Assembly (NCBI GenBank): GCA_029258835.1
Contig: JAPDJY010000053.1
Location: 1-64,000, forward strand
Direction: 5' to 3'
Origin: Thermoproteota archaeon
Lineage (GTDB): Archaea > Asgardarchaeota > Jordiarchaeia > Jordiarchaeales > Freyrarchaeaceae
Length of the DNA stretch: 64,000 nucleotides
Part shown: positions 47,023-56,326 of the stretch, in pieces
Numbering within the stretch: the stretch's first letter is position 1
How the letters are laid out: each line of letters starts with the position of its first letter
Program-made: the position numbers and the translations under genes
The notes under the pieces: generated by a model
Told to the model about the DNA's origin: nothing
What the model saw: only the letters and a program-made list of their open reading frames with translations
Database searches by the model: none

Positions 47023-47226
47023 TTGTCAGCTCTACCGAGGAGGTTAAACCGAGAGGGACGCCTAACTGCTTGTTAGATTTGGAGGGGCCAATGGGTTCCC
47101 GCTTTTCGGCGCTTGGAAGGTTAACTTTAAATGCTTCCTGTACCTTGAAGTTGTGCTGCACAATTAAACTGTTTAATTTAAGGAAGAGGTTGCAGCACAT
47201 TTTTAGAGTTAAGGAGGGCTGCCTGA

Positions 47227-48515
47227 ATGGGGATGACTATTTCGGAGAAGATCTTAGCGTCCCACTCGGGAAAGGAGAGGGTTGAGCCGGGTGAGATAGT
47301 TAATGCTAAGGTTGACGTGGCGATGGTCCACGAGATGCTTGGAAACCCGGCGCCTTGACGGGCTGGGCTAAACTGCGCATAGCAGACATCTACGAGGAAC
47401 TCGGCGTTGATCGCGTCTGGGATCCGAAGAAGATAGTCGCGTTGATAGACCACTGGACGCCTGCTCCAAGCATAGATGCTGCTGTTATCCATGTAACCTG
47501 CAGAAGGTTCGTTGAAAAGTATGGTGTTGAGAACTGGCTTGACATGAGAGAGGGTATATGCCACGTTGTGCTTCCTGAGAAGGGGTTTGTTAAACCCGGA
47601 GACCTTGTTGTTGGAAGTGATTCCCACACGACGACCTACGGAGCCGTTGGAGCGTTCGCTACGGGAATAGGCGCCACCGACATGGCTATTGTGCTCGCTA
47701 CGGGTGAACTCTGGTTTAGGGTTCCGTCAACGGTGAAGTTTAACATTACAGGTAGGCTTCAGCCGCTGGTTATGGGCAAGGACATAATCCTTCACATTAT
47801 AGGTGAGATAGGAGTAGATGGGGCGACCTACAAGGCGATGGAGTTCTCGGGCGAGGTTGTGAAGGAGCTCAGCATGGATGGAAGGTTCACTCTCTGCAAC
47901 ATGGCTGTAGAGGCGGGAGGGAAAGCAGGCATAATAGAGCCGGATGAAAAGACGATAGAGTGGGTTAAGGCAAGGGTCAGCCAGCCGTTCAATCCGGTCA
48001 TGAACGACCCTGACGCAGAATACGAGGAGGTCATAGACGTTGATGTTTCAGGGCTGGAGCCACAGGTGGCTAAGCCGCCAAGCCCCCAGAACACGGTGCC
48101 CGTATCGGAAGTGGAAGGGACAAAGATAGACCAAGCCTTCGTCGGGTCATGCACTAACGGTCGGCTTGAAGACCTGAGAGCGGCTGCCAAGATACTTAAA
48201 GGCAGGAAGGTCGCAAGAAACGTAAGAGCTATAATAATACCGGCCTCGAAGGAAACCTACCTAGCGGCGATGAGGGAAGGCCTCATAGAAACGTTCTTGG
48301 AAGCAGGGTGCGTAGTCTGTAATCCGACGTGTGGCCCCTGCATAGGCGCCCACCTAGGACTTCTAGCACCAGGGGAAGTTTGCATATCATCATCCAACCG
48401 TAACTTCGTTGGAAGAATGGGAAGCAAGGACGCATGGATCTATCTTGCATCGCCAGCAACGGTAGCTGCATCAGCAGTAACAGGCGAAATAACAGACCCA
48501 CGTAACTTTGTCTAA
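47227..48515 (+). CDS. leuC: 3-isopropylmalate dehydratase/homoaconitase large subunit; two exons 47227-47344 and 47374-48515, 419 aa spliced
   Basis: [11 protein letters not shown]...VDVAMVHE is in one frame. [32 protein letters not shown] and [10 protein letters not shown] are in another. The frames join when a 29-nt BHB insert is removed. Confidence 0.9.
47345..47373 (+). other. Predicted BHB-type mRNA intron (29 nt)
   Basis: TGC-TTGG-AA^A-CCCGGC...GCTGGG-CTAA-AC^T-GCG; spliced junction reads [16 protein letters not shown]. Confidence 0.88.
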
Positions 48516-48644
48516 CCAGCAGGGGGCGGGAAGGCGGGGAACCCATCGCTTCACCAGCGTAGAGGCAGAGTTTCACCTACTATCTTCGAGCTGGCGGAGA
48601 TAGGGAAATAGGAAAAAGGAGGGGTTTAGAAGGCTGCTTTTTAC

Positions 48645-49442
48645 TTATTCCTCTATTATGGCTACCGCCCTGCACCAGCCTGCTGAGCCACCCTTCACCT
48701 TCACCGGGAAGCATGCAACCTTGAAGCCATATGGCTTCTTTAGGGTGTCGTAGAGGTAATCTAGGTTTGCCAGCTTCTCTATGTGAAGGTAGGTTTTCTC
48801 TCTGCCCACGTAGTGGGCTTCCCATATTATGCTTGGGTCTCCCGTCTTTTCATAGTCAGCTTTTATAGCCCAGAATGGCCTATCCCATCCCCAAGCGTCA
48901 ATCCCAACAACTCTGACCCCTTGCTCTATGAGCCATAAAGTGGCCTCCCTAGTCATTCCGCATCCAGCGTTTAAGTACTCCTGTTTACCCCATAACTTGT
49001 CTGCACCCGTCATTATCATCACTATGTCTCCTGGCTTAATCTTATAATTTATCTTTTCAAGTGCTTCCTTTAGGTCCTCAACTGTTATCCCGGAACCCTG
49101 CGGCTTATGCCTCATGTCTAGTATGACGCCGTCGCCGTAACACCATTCTAAGGGGATCTCGTCGATCGTCTTTGCAGGCTTCCCCTCGCTTGTCGGGGCG
49201 TAGTGCCAAGGAGCATCCAAGTGGGTGCCGTGGTGGGTTGAAAGTTTATTGATCGTGTCGTCAGCCCACCCCAACCCGTCTGGCAGATCCTCTTCCTTGC
49301 ACCCGAAGACGAAGCTCATCAATTTTGCGCCTTCCTTATGGTCTCGGTGGATAACTTCAGGCGGGAAAAACTCGCTTGGAACGGACTCTATGGGAACACT
49401 TAAGTCTACTATTCGAACTCTACCCAAGAAGAATCCCTCCAA
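48645..49442 (-). CDS. Cyclase family (kynurenine formamidase-like) metal hydrolase
   Basis: HHGTHLDAPWH, GIDAWGWD, IEKLANL, GGSAGWCRAVA. Confidence 0.9.
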   Translation of the reverse strand: MEGFFLGRVRIVDLSVPIESVPSEFFPPEVIHRDHKEGAKLMSFVFGCKEEDLPDGLGWADDTINKLSTHHGTHLDAPWHYAPTSEGKPAKTIDEIPLEWCYGDGVILDMRHKPQGSGITVEDLKEALEKINYKIKPGDIVMIMTGADKLWGKQEYLNAGCGMTREATLWLIEQGVRVVGIDAWGWDRPFWAIKADYEKTGDPSIIWEAHYVGREKTYLHIEKLANLDYLYDTLKKPYGFKVACFPVKVKGGSAGWCRAVAIIEE

Positions 49443-49593
49443 GCATCATTGTATAGTTTTTTAACTAGAAACATATGTAAATTCTTTTTCCTTAGGAGAA
49501 AGGAGGAGTCTCGCTTACCCGATGATGAAGGCGTTCTAGAGAGGACACGCTCCTTCGCCGCGAAAAGGCTTTAGAGTTAAATGTGGAATAAGA

Positions 49594-50862
49594 TTGTTGA
49601 AGGTGGTGAATTGTTTGAGTGAAAGTGAAGCCTTCAGTTTTGTTGAGAAGTTTAAGGATGAGGGTGTCCGCCTTCTCAAAGATCTGATTAAAATCAACAC
49701 CGTCGTTCCTCCAGGCAATAACTACGAGGAGATGGTTGACTTTCTTGAGCCGATCTTTTCAGAGTTAGGCTTTGAAACGGAGAGGGTCGTCGTCCCAGAG
49801 GAGAAGGTTAGGGAGATCCCTTTCCCCCTAGAGGGTCCACGGGTGAACCTTGTAGCGAGGAGAGGGAAGGGTAAGCCTCCATTAACGCTTTACGCCCACA
49901 TGGACGTTGTACCCGTGGAGGAGGAGTGGAGTGTCCCCCCGTTCGAAGGCGTGGTCAAGAATGGCAGGATCTACGGGCGTGGGGCAGCTGACATGAAGGG
50001 GTTCATAGCAACAGTCCTCCTTGCCCTCAAGGTGATCCATGAACTTGGATTGGAACCAAATTATGACTTGACGTGTGTGATGTGCACGGATGAGGAAATA
50101 GGTGTCTACCCGGGAGTATACTACTTAGCAGATAAAGGGTACATTAAAGGGGATGTCATATGTGGTGAGGCAGCTCACGGGATAATAGGTATAGGAACAG
50201 CGGGAGCTGTCCAGTTCAAGGTTACAGTTAAGGGGAAGTCCGCTCACACCATGATGTTCTTCGCGGCGGTCAACGCTGTGGAGAACACGGTTCCAATACT
50301 TGAAGAGCTGCTGAAGCTTAAGGAAAAGGTCATGGAGAGGAGGTCAGAGGTCCCAAGCATACCCACACCACTCGGCGACAAAATGATGCCCTTATTCTCC
50401 ATTAACATAATATCTGGTGGAGTTAAGGAAAACGTTATTCCAAGCGAGTGCAGGTTCGCCGTCGACCGCCGATATATACCGGAGGAGGACGAGGAGGAGG
50501 TCATATCCGAGTTTATGGACGCCATAGAGGCTGGAAAGGCGAGGAGTAAAGCCCTATCGGTGGAAGTAAACGTCATAAGGTCATACAAGCCGTTTAAGAC
50601 GACGACTGATAATCCGATCGTCAAGAAGCTGGCGGCGGCGGTGAAGCACGTAACAGGAAATGACCCGCTGTTCATTGGAGCGTCAGGATCAACAGACATG
50701 GGGTATGTCGCAGAGAAAGGACATAACATAGCGATAATGGGTGTAGGAGACCTCATGTCCAACTTCCACGGGGCAGACGAAAGCATAAAGATAGAAGACA
50801 TGCTCAACTATGCCAAAGAGCTGATTCACCTACTCTGCTTCCAAGAAGAGCAATCCACGTAA
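49594..50862 (+). CDS. M20 ArgE/DapE-family deacylase
   Basis: HMDVVP, GRGAADMKG, DEEIG, GKSAH, NVIP, FHGADE. Confidence 0.92.
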   Translation: MLKVVNCLSESEAFSFVEKFKDEGVRLLKDLIKINTVVPPGNNYEEMVDFLEPIFSELGFETERVVVPEEKVREIPFPLEGPRVNLVARRGKGKPPLTLYAHMDVVPVEEEWSVPPFEGVVKNGRIYGRGAADMKGFIATVLLALKVIHELGLEPNYDLTCVMCTDEEIGVYPGVYYLADKGYIKGDVICGEAAHGIIGIGTAGAVQFKVTVKGKSAHTMMFFAAVNAVENTVPILEELLKLKEKVMERRSEVPSIPTPLGDKMMPLFSINIISGGVKENVIPSECRFAVDRRYIPEEDEEEVISEFMDAIEAGKARSKALSVEVNVIRSYKPFKTTTDNPIVKKLAAAVKHVTGNDPLFIGASGSTDMGYVAEKGHNIAIMGVGDLMSNFHGADESIKIEDMLNYAKELIHLLCFQEEQST

Positions 50863-50884
50863 AAAATAGAGAAAGTTGGTGTTT

Positions 50885-51527
50885 CTAGAGAGTAATGTTT
50901 AGATACTGCATGATTTGAGGCGCCAGGAGTCCGAGAAGGCCTCCTGATTCAGCTTGCCATGAGAAGGTGAGGTAAGCTATCAGCGCTATGCATGCGCCAC
51001 AGAGCACAATGTTAACCGCATGGTTGTCGTAGCGCAGCTTAGCAAGGCGCAGGTCTCGCTCGTGATCCCATAGGAATGCTCTGAGACTTTCCTGCTTCCG
51101 GGGGAGGATGTAAGGCAGCGTCCTCACCCCGGTCGGATTTGCCCCCATCAAGGTTTAGGCTGTCCGCTAGCCAGTGTGAGAAGACTGCTGCGGCTGCGAT
51201 AGCGAAGTATTGAGGGACGAAGTAGCCTATCAGGAGTGGCAGCCAGATAAGTGTTAGAATACTGTGGAGCAACCCTGACCTGTGCATTACCCTTTCTCTT
51301 TTCAGAAGCTGATCTAAGTCGGGTATGATTCCGAAGAAGCCGCCCGCGGCAAGTGCTGGGACGGCGCCTGATAGGGCAAGCTGAACCTGCCACGTGGAGC
51401 TGTACCTTGAAAGATCCATCAGTGTTTGCAGCTGGGAGAGCAGTGAGCCTTTAAGCTCAGGCGATACGAAGGATATCACGAGAGCTGCTGCGGCTGCTCC
51501 CAATATAATGTGCGTGTACTTCTGCAT
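50885..51527 (-). CDS. Membrane-bound metal-dependent hydrolase (YdjM/DUF457-like); two exons 51527-51155 and 51138-50885, 208 aa spliced
   Basis: YTH, IPDLD, HRSGLLHS, SHWLADSLN|PTGV; the family motif is completed only after removing a 16-nt insert. Confidence 0.85.
51139..51154 (-). other. Predicted BHB/BHL-type mRNA intron (16 nt)
   Basis: CGGACA-GCCT-AA^A-CC-TTGAT-GG-GGGC-AA^A-TCCG; spliced junction reads ADSLNPTGV. Confidence 0.8.
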
Positions 51528-51528
51528 T

Positions 51529-51846
51529 TCAACCTCCTCCTTTCAGCGCTTTCCTAGCTTCCTCCTGCCACTTCTCAATTTGCTCAGGGGAGATGCCTTT
51601 TATCTCGTCGCCTAACTTCTTGGGATCCGCGGCGAGAAGGTCGGCAACCCTCTTCACACCGTACTTTCTGAGTTTCCTAGCGTATCCTGCCCCTATCCCC
51701 TTAATTATCTCTACGGGCGAGCTCTCCGTAACCTTTCCCTTCGCCACGGGTTCACCAAGCCCAAGCACGGTGCCTATCGCTGCGAGGAGAAGTGCCAGTC
51801 CGATGCACGCAAAATACACCAACAGATGAGAAAGCTCGAAGATCAT
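51529..51846 (-). CDS. Membrane-anchored helix-hairpin-helix protein (DUF4332-like)
   Basis: N-terminal TM; IKGIGAGYARKL...KGISPEQIEKW. Confidence 0.75.
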   Translation of the reverse strand: MIFELSHLLVYFACIGLALLLAAIGTVLGLGEPVAKGKVTESSPVEIIKGIGAGYARKLRKYGVKRVADLLAADPKKLGDEIKGISPEQIEKWQEEARKALKGGG

Positions 51847-52369
51847 TCTCCTTCAACCCCGCTCTTCTCTAACCATTTCTTTTCTCCTAAATTAAATTTT
51901 TTAGAGAAGAATTAATTTGAAGCTGCATCTTAGCACCTTACAACATATAGGAGAAAAGTTCCTCCATGGAAAAAAAAGCGAACACCACGGTAAGCGGTTT
52001 TTAGCATTAAACTTCTAGAGGAGGCGTTAACGTCAGTGTCCGACTCCTCTAAAGGCACATTATCCATTAAAATTTTCCTGTAATAGCTGGGGTTCTCTGG
52101 GTAGTTGAGCAGTAACCTCCCAGTAAGGCTTCTTGAAAGTTAGAGAGGTAGGCAGTCTACCACCTATGGTTAAGTCATGAAAGGAGGAAAACGGGAAAGG
52201 TCCCCTTCTACTTCAGAACAAAGTATAGTTGACGTTTACTCCCCCAAGACGGGGCTTTAACTCGTCTCTTTAAAAACGGGAAAATATGGGTGTAGGAAGC
52301 TAGTGGGAGGGGAAGGGGTTCACGCTTGATAGGCTTTTATGGGTAAATGTGGAGATTTTGGTCTGTCAA

Positions 52370-52482
52370 GCGTTTCCCCATCATCGAGGCGTACGCCTCT
52401 AATGGGGATTTCAGGGTAACCCCCGGAGCCCTGCATCCGAAGGTTCCGCCCCCATTAGGCCACCCTGTGGCCAGATCAGCGC
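52370..52482 (-). ncRNA. Structured repeated element, copy 2 (tnpB 3'-end/omegaRNA-like or unknown ncRNA)
   Basis: Stems GGCCAC/GTGGCC, CTAATGGGG/CCCCATTAG, CAGGG/CCCTG, GAGGCG/CGCCTC; core shared with 3000..3097; TTAAATA about 25 nt upstream on the minus strand. Confidence 0.5.
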
Positions 52483-52539
52483 TCACAAACACTCACCAAA
52501 TATTTAACTGTTTCGCAAGGCAGGGTGCCCCCAGCCTTA

Positions 52540-54894
52540 CTATTGTACTTCCTGGATCATTTGCTTTGCCGCTGTAACAAACTTGTCCGCTTCAGCGCAG
52601 TCCACGTTGACCATTTGCAGCCTCTGCGGGTTCACTCCAAGCTGGCTTAGCATCGCCCTGAGGAGCGCCACCCTGGCACCAGCGACTTTCGCCCCCCTGC
52701 TGAAGTGGCATCTCTCCTCGAAGCAGCCTACTATCATTATCCCGTCAACGCCGTTGGCCAGCGCCCTTAGTATTTCCTGCGGGTCTACTACTGCGGTGCA
52801 GGGGACACCGATCACCTTAACGTTAGCCGGGTACTCCATTCCCAGCATACCAGCATAATCTATCGCGGAGTAACCGCACTCGTAACATGCTATTACTACA
52901 ATGTTAGGCTTCACCCCATCCGCCGAAACACCCTCAATGGATGCCATTATCTGCTCGTCTGTGTGATTCCTCAACTGTATGGACTCCGTAGGGCAGGCTC
53001 CAGCGCAGAGTCCACACCCAAAGCATTTGGCTTCCGTTACGACCGCAGACTTATCCTCCTCAACCGTTATAGCGTTGAATGGGCACGCCCACTGGCACAC
53101 TTGGCATTTGCCGCAGGTGTCCTCGTTCACTACGGCTGTGAGAAGAGGCTTCTCTATACTTCCCTTCTTCATGAGGCGAGCAGCCATAATGGCTGCAGAC
53201 GAGGCGTGGGTTATGCTGTAAGGTATATCCATTGGGGTCATTGCTGCCCCCGCAACGAATATGCCCGCGACGTTTGTTTCCGCCGGTCTGACCTTCCTGT
53301 CGAGCGCCTCGACGTACCCGTCTGGCCCAAGCTTGACGCCGAGGATCCTTGCGAGTTCCTGTGTTCCTCTTGACGGAACCATTGCCATTGAGAGGGCCAC
53401 CATGTCCGCCTCTACTCTATTATACTCCCCTGCTAGTGTGTTTTCCACGTCTACGATGAGCTTTCCGTTCTCTCCAGGGACAACCGATGCGGGCTTTCCC
53501 CTTATGAAGGTGACGCCTAACTCCCTCGCCTCCCTGTAGTACTCCTCATACCTTGACCCTACAGGCCTAATGTCCATGTAGGCTATGACCACGTCTACCT
53601 CAGGGAACCTCTTCTTAATCATGACAGCGTGCTTCAAAGCTATCATACAGCAAATGTTAGAGCAATAGAAGTTGTGGTTTTCATCCCTCGAGCCGGCGCA
53701 CTGTATCATCACTATTCTCTCGACCGGGCGCCCGTCAGACACCCTTAATAACCTTCCTCCGGTTGGGCCGGTGATGTCGAGCAGCCTCGCAAGGTCGACT
53801 TGGGTGACGACGTCTGGCAGCTTACCGTATCCGTATTCCGTCAGCCTCCGCGGGTCATACTCTTCGAAGCCGGTCGCAACGATTATAGTCCCAGCGTTAA
53901 TTGTGAGGGTTTCCTCCTTCTCGTCAAGGTTTATGGCGTTGACAGGGCATGCTTCAACGCACTTGCCGCATTCCTTAAACTTGCAGTTCTCAGGGTCTAT
54001 CACATATATTGGCGGTATGGCCTGAGGGAAGGGGAGGTATATCGCCTTCCTCTCGCTTAAGCCAAGGTTGAACTCGTCCGGGACGCTCACGGGGCAGACC
54101 TCGGCGCACGCCCCACAATTAATGCAGGCATCACTCACGTACCTTGGCTTCTTCTTGACAACGACATTAAAGTTGCCGACCTCTCCCATAACGTCGACCA
54201 CTTCAGCGTTTGTCAACACTTGTATCCTTGGGTCGACCTCTATCGCAGACCTGTAAATGCACTTCCTCGTCGAGTCACCGCCTAAGGCGGGACAGGCGGT
54301 TGTTCGGACGCAGAGCGAGCAATCATTCGTTGGGAAAACGGTTCCCAGCTTAAGACATAAACCTCCAAGTGTAGGCTGCCTTTCCACTATGGTTACGTCA
54401 AATCCTAGCTCAGCTAGCTCCTGAGCAGCCGTTATTCCACTGATCCCTCCACCTATCACGAGCGCCCTCTGCGTGATGGGGACAGACTTAACCGGCACGT
54501 CGTCAAGCTTCTCAGCCCTGCTGGCTGCAGCGTTTATAAGCGCCTTCGCCTTCTCAGTCGCCTCCATCGGATGGCTTGGATGAGCCCACGCACATTGCTC
54601 CCTTATATTAGCAACCACGAGGTTGTACCTACTCAGCCCGGCCGCCTCAACGCTTCTCGCCAGCTCCTCCCCTTTAACCTTAGGGGAGCAGGCGGCGACT
54701 ACAACCCTGTCAACACCTTCCTCCTTAATCTTCGCCTCAAGCTCCCTAAGGCCCTGTTCACCGCAGAGGTCACTGTGCCTTGCAACAAAAGCAAATCTCC
54801 CACTCTTCTCAGCCCACGAGGCCACATCGTCGAAATTTACGGTCTTAGCCAGGGTTCCCCCGCAGTCGCAGATGAAAAGCCCAATCCTAGCCAA
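52540..54894 (-). CDS. hdrA: Heterodisulfide reductase subunit A fused to an MvhD domain
   Basis: FICDCG, AACSP, NIREQCAW, GGGISG, FPTNDC, QCAGSRD, CSNICC and ferredoxin motifs; C-term CYECGY..VPC..GCFEERCHF (MvhD). Confidence 0.93.
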   Translation of the reverse strand: MARIGLFICDCGGTLAKTVNFDDVASWAEKSGRFAFVARHSDLCGEQGLRELEAKIKEEGVDRVVVAACSPKVKGEELARSVEAAGLSRYNLVVANIREQCAWAHPSHPMEATEKAKALINAAASRAEKLDDVPVKSVPITQRALVIGGGISGITAAQELAELGFDVTIVERQPTLGGLCLKLGTVFPTNDCSLCVRTTACPALGGDSTRKCIYRSAIEVDPRIQVLTNAEVVDVMGEVGNFNVVVKKKPRYVSDACINCGACAEVCPVSVPDEFNLGLSERKAIYLPFPQAIPPIYVIDPENCKFKECGKCVEACPVNAINLDEKEETLTINAGTIIVATGFEEYDPRRLTEYGYGKLPDVVTQVDLARLLDITGPTGGRLLRVSDGRPVERIVMIQCAGSRDENHNFYCSNICCMIALKHAVMIKKRFPEVDVVIAYMDIRPVGSRYEEYYREARELGVTFIRGKPASVVPGENGKLIVDVENTLAGEYNRVEADMVALSMAMVPSRGTQELARILGVKLGPDGYVEALDRKVRPAETNVAGIFVAGAAMTPMDIPYSITHASSAAIMAARLMKKGSIEKPLLTAVVNEDTCGKCQVCQWACPFNAITVEEDKSAVVTEAKCFGCGLCAGACPTESIQLRNHTDEQIMASIEGVSADGVKPNIVVIACYECGYSAIDYAGMLGMEYPANVKVIGVPCTAVVDPQEILRALANGVDGIMIVGCFEERCHFSRGAKVAGARVALLRAMLSQLGVNPQRLQMVNVDCAEADKFVTAAKQMIQEVQ

Positions 54895-54909
54895 ACGTCT
54901 CCCCCCTTT

Positions 54910-55809
54910 TCATGTTCCTCCGTTAAGCTTCACCATTAACGGGTCAACTTTCGTCCGGTTAAACTTGAGCTCCAACTCCTCCGGGGTCAGCCCCATGGCT
55001 AGCCCTAACAGCTGGGTGTAGAAGAGTACCGGTACATTATAGTTTTTCCCGTACGTTTTGTTGATCATCATCTGCCTTACGTCGTACTGTCTGAAGCAAA
55101 CAGGACATACTACGGCCATGCAGTCAGCCTTAGCCTGCGTCACGTAGTGAAGCTTCTCCATCACCATCTTAACGTTCGCCTCTTCGTCTAAGTTGCCGAC
55201 ACCGCACCCGCAGCAAAGGAACTTCCTGAAGTAGTCCACGCTCTCGGCACCCGTCGCCTCAACCAAAGCGTCCAGTAGGACCGGGTTGAAGGGGTCATCC
55301 ACCTGAAGCAGGTAGCTCGGTCTTAGAAGATGGCATCCATAATGCGCCGCCACCTTCACGCCCTTAAGCGGCCTCTCAACATAGCCCCTAAGCTTTGCCG
55401 GTCCAACGTCTTCGTACAGGACTTGGATGAAATGTTTTACCTCGACTCTGCCCTTATACTCTCTTCCGACCTTCGACAGCGCCTCTTCAACTCTACCCCT
55501 CAGCTTGGCGTCGTGCTCCAGAAGTATCTTCGCCTCCTTAAGGGTTTCGAAGCAGCCGTTGCAGAAGGCAACGATGTCCAGCCCCGCCTCCTCAGCCACG
55601 CAAAGGTTTCTAGCTGCCAGCGTTACCCAAGTGGTGATGTCCAGCCCCGGAATACCTATGGGTTCAGGGCAACACGAGAAGCCTTCAATGTCTTTCACTT
55701 CAACATCGAGTTTACCGAACACCTTCCTTATCGAAACCTCAATGTGCGGTAAAAGGTTTGGGATCACACATCCCAGAAACATTGCATAAGCGTTACTCGC
55801 CACCGTCAC
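54910..55809 (-). CDS. hdrB: Heterodisulfide reductase subunit B
   Basis: FLGC, SCCP, CNGC, HYGCH, CCG, CPVC..QYD. Confidence 0.93.
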   Translation of the reverse strand: MTVASNAYAMFLGCVIPNLLPHIEVSIRKVFGKLDVEVKDIEGFSCCPEPIGIPGLDITTWVTLAARNLCVAEEAGLDIVAFCNGCFETLKEAKILLEHDAKLRGRVEEALSKVGREYKGRVEVKHFIQVLYEDVGPAKLRGYVERPLKGVKVAAHYGCHLLRPSYLLQVDDPFNPVLLDALVEATGAESVDYFRKFLCCGCGVGNLDEEANVKMVMEKLHYVTQAKADCMAVVCPVCFRQYDVRQMMINKTYGKNYNVPVLFYTQLLGLAMGLTPEELELKFNRTKVDPLMVKLNGGT

Positions 55810-56326
55810 TCTCCTCCTTACCAGCTTTACCTTCCTTAGCCATCACTTCGATGAACCCAAGATGCTCAAGTATAGCCTTAATCTCCGCGGGGTCAGCGGT
55901 TTTAATCTCAGGGAGGCCCATCTTAGCCCTTCTGGAAAGCGTCGCCTTGGACGGTGCGTTCACAAGCCCGGTCTCAACTAAAACCCGCGTCTCGGCTTTC
56001 AAATGCTCTGGAAAATTGCCTTCCCTAGTGGCAAGGTTCCTTAACACGGTCAAGAGCTCGCTTACCCTAACCCCTTGCGGGCAAACCTCCGTGCAGTTGT
56101 GGCACACGGTGCAAAGCCAGATGTTCGGATCATGGATTACCTCTTTCCGTCCTGTGAGGATGCTTTCTATGAGCTTCCTCGGGTTATACTTGGAGTTGTA
56201 ACGGAAAACCGGGCACGCCCCGCTGCAGGTTGCACACTGGTAACAGTAGTTCACCGTTTCTCCTTCCATGTGGAGCTCTGCCATCTCCTTTCTAAAGTAG
56301 GAGCTTATCTCATAGTAGGCTTCCAC
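55793..56326 (-). CDS. hdrC: Heterodisulfide reductase subunit C
   Basis: CYQCATCSGACP, WLCTVCHNCTEVCPQGV. Confidence 0.92.
   Translation of the reverse strand: MEAYYEISSYFRKEMAELHMEGETVNYCYQCATCSGACPVFRYNSKYNPRKLIESILTGRKEVIHDPNIWLCTVCHNCTEVCPQGVRVSELLTVLRNLATREGNFPEHLKAETRVLVETGLVNAPSKATLSRRAKMGLPEIKTADPAEIKAILEHLGFIEVMAKEGKAGKEESDGGE

Noticed and set aside
47356-47358. Selenocysteine at the TGA in leuC
   Set aside because: Read-through would not correct the frame change; a further stop follows in that frame.
48517-48597. GC-rich stretch after leuC as a riboswitch or H/ACA RNA
   Set aside because: Only short stems; fluoride-riboswitch and ACA features are incomplete, and it lies between convergent genes.
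49520-49565. Box C/D sRNA starting at ATGATGA
   Set aside because: No convincing D or D' boxes.
52370-52482. SECIS element for hdrA/mvhD
   Set aside because: The upstream hdr genes have no in-frame UGA, and a homologous element sits at 3000 away from any selenoprotein gene.
54270-54310. Possible in-frame intron in hdrA (7-bp hairpin ACCGCCT/AGGCGGT)
   Set aside because: I could not build a 4-bp helix with two 3-nt bulges around it, and the frame is intact.
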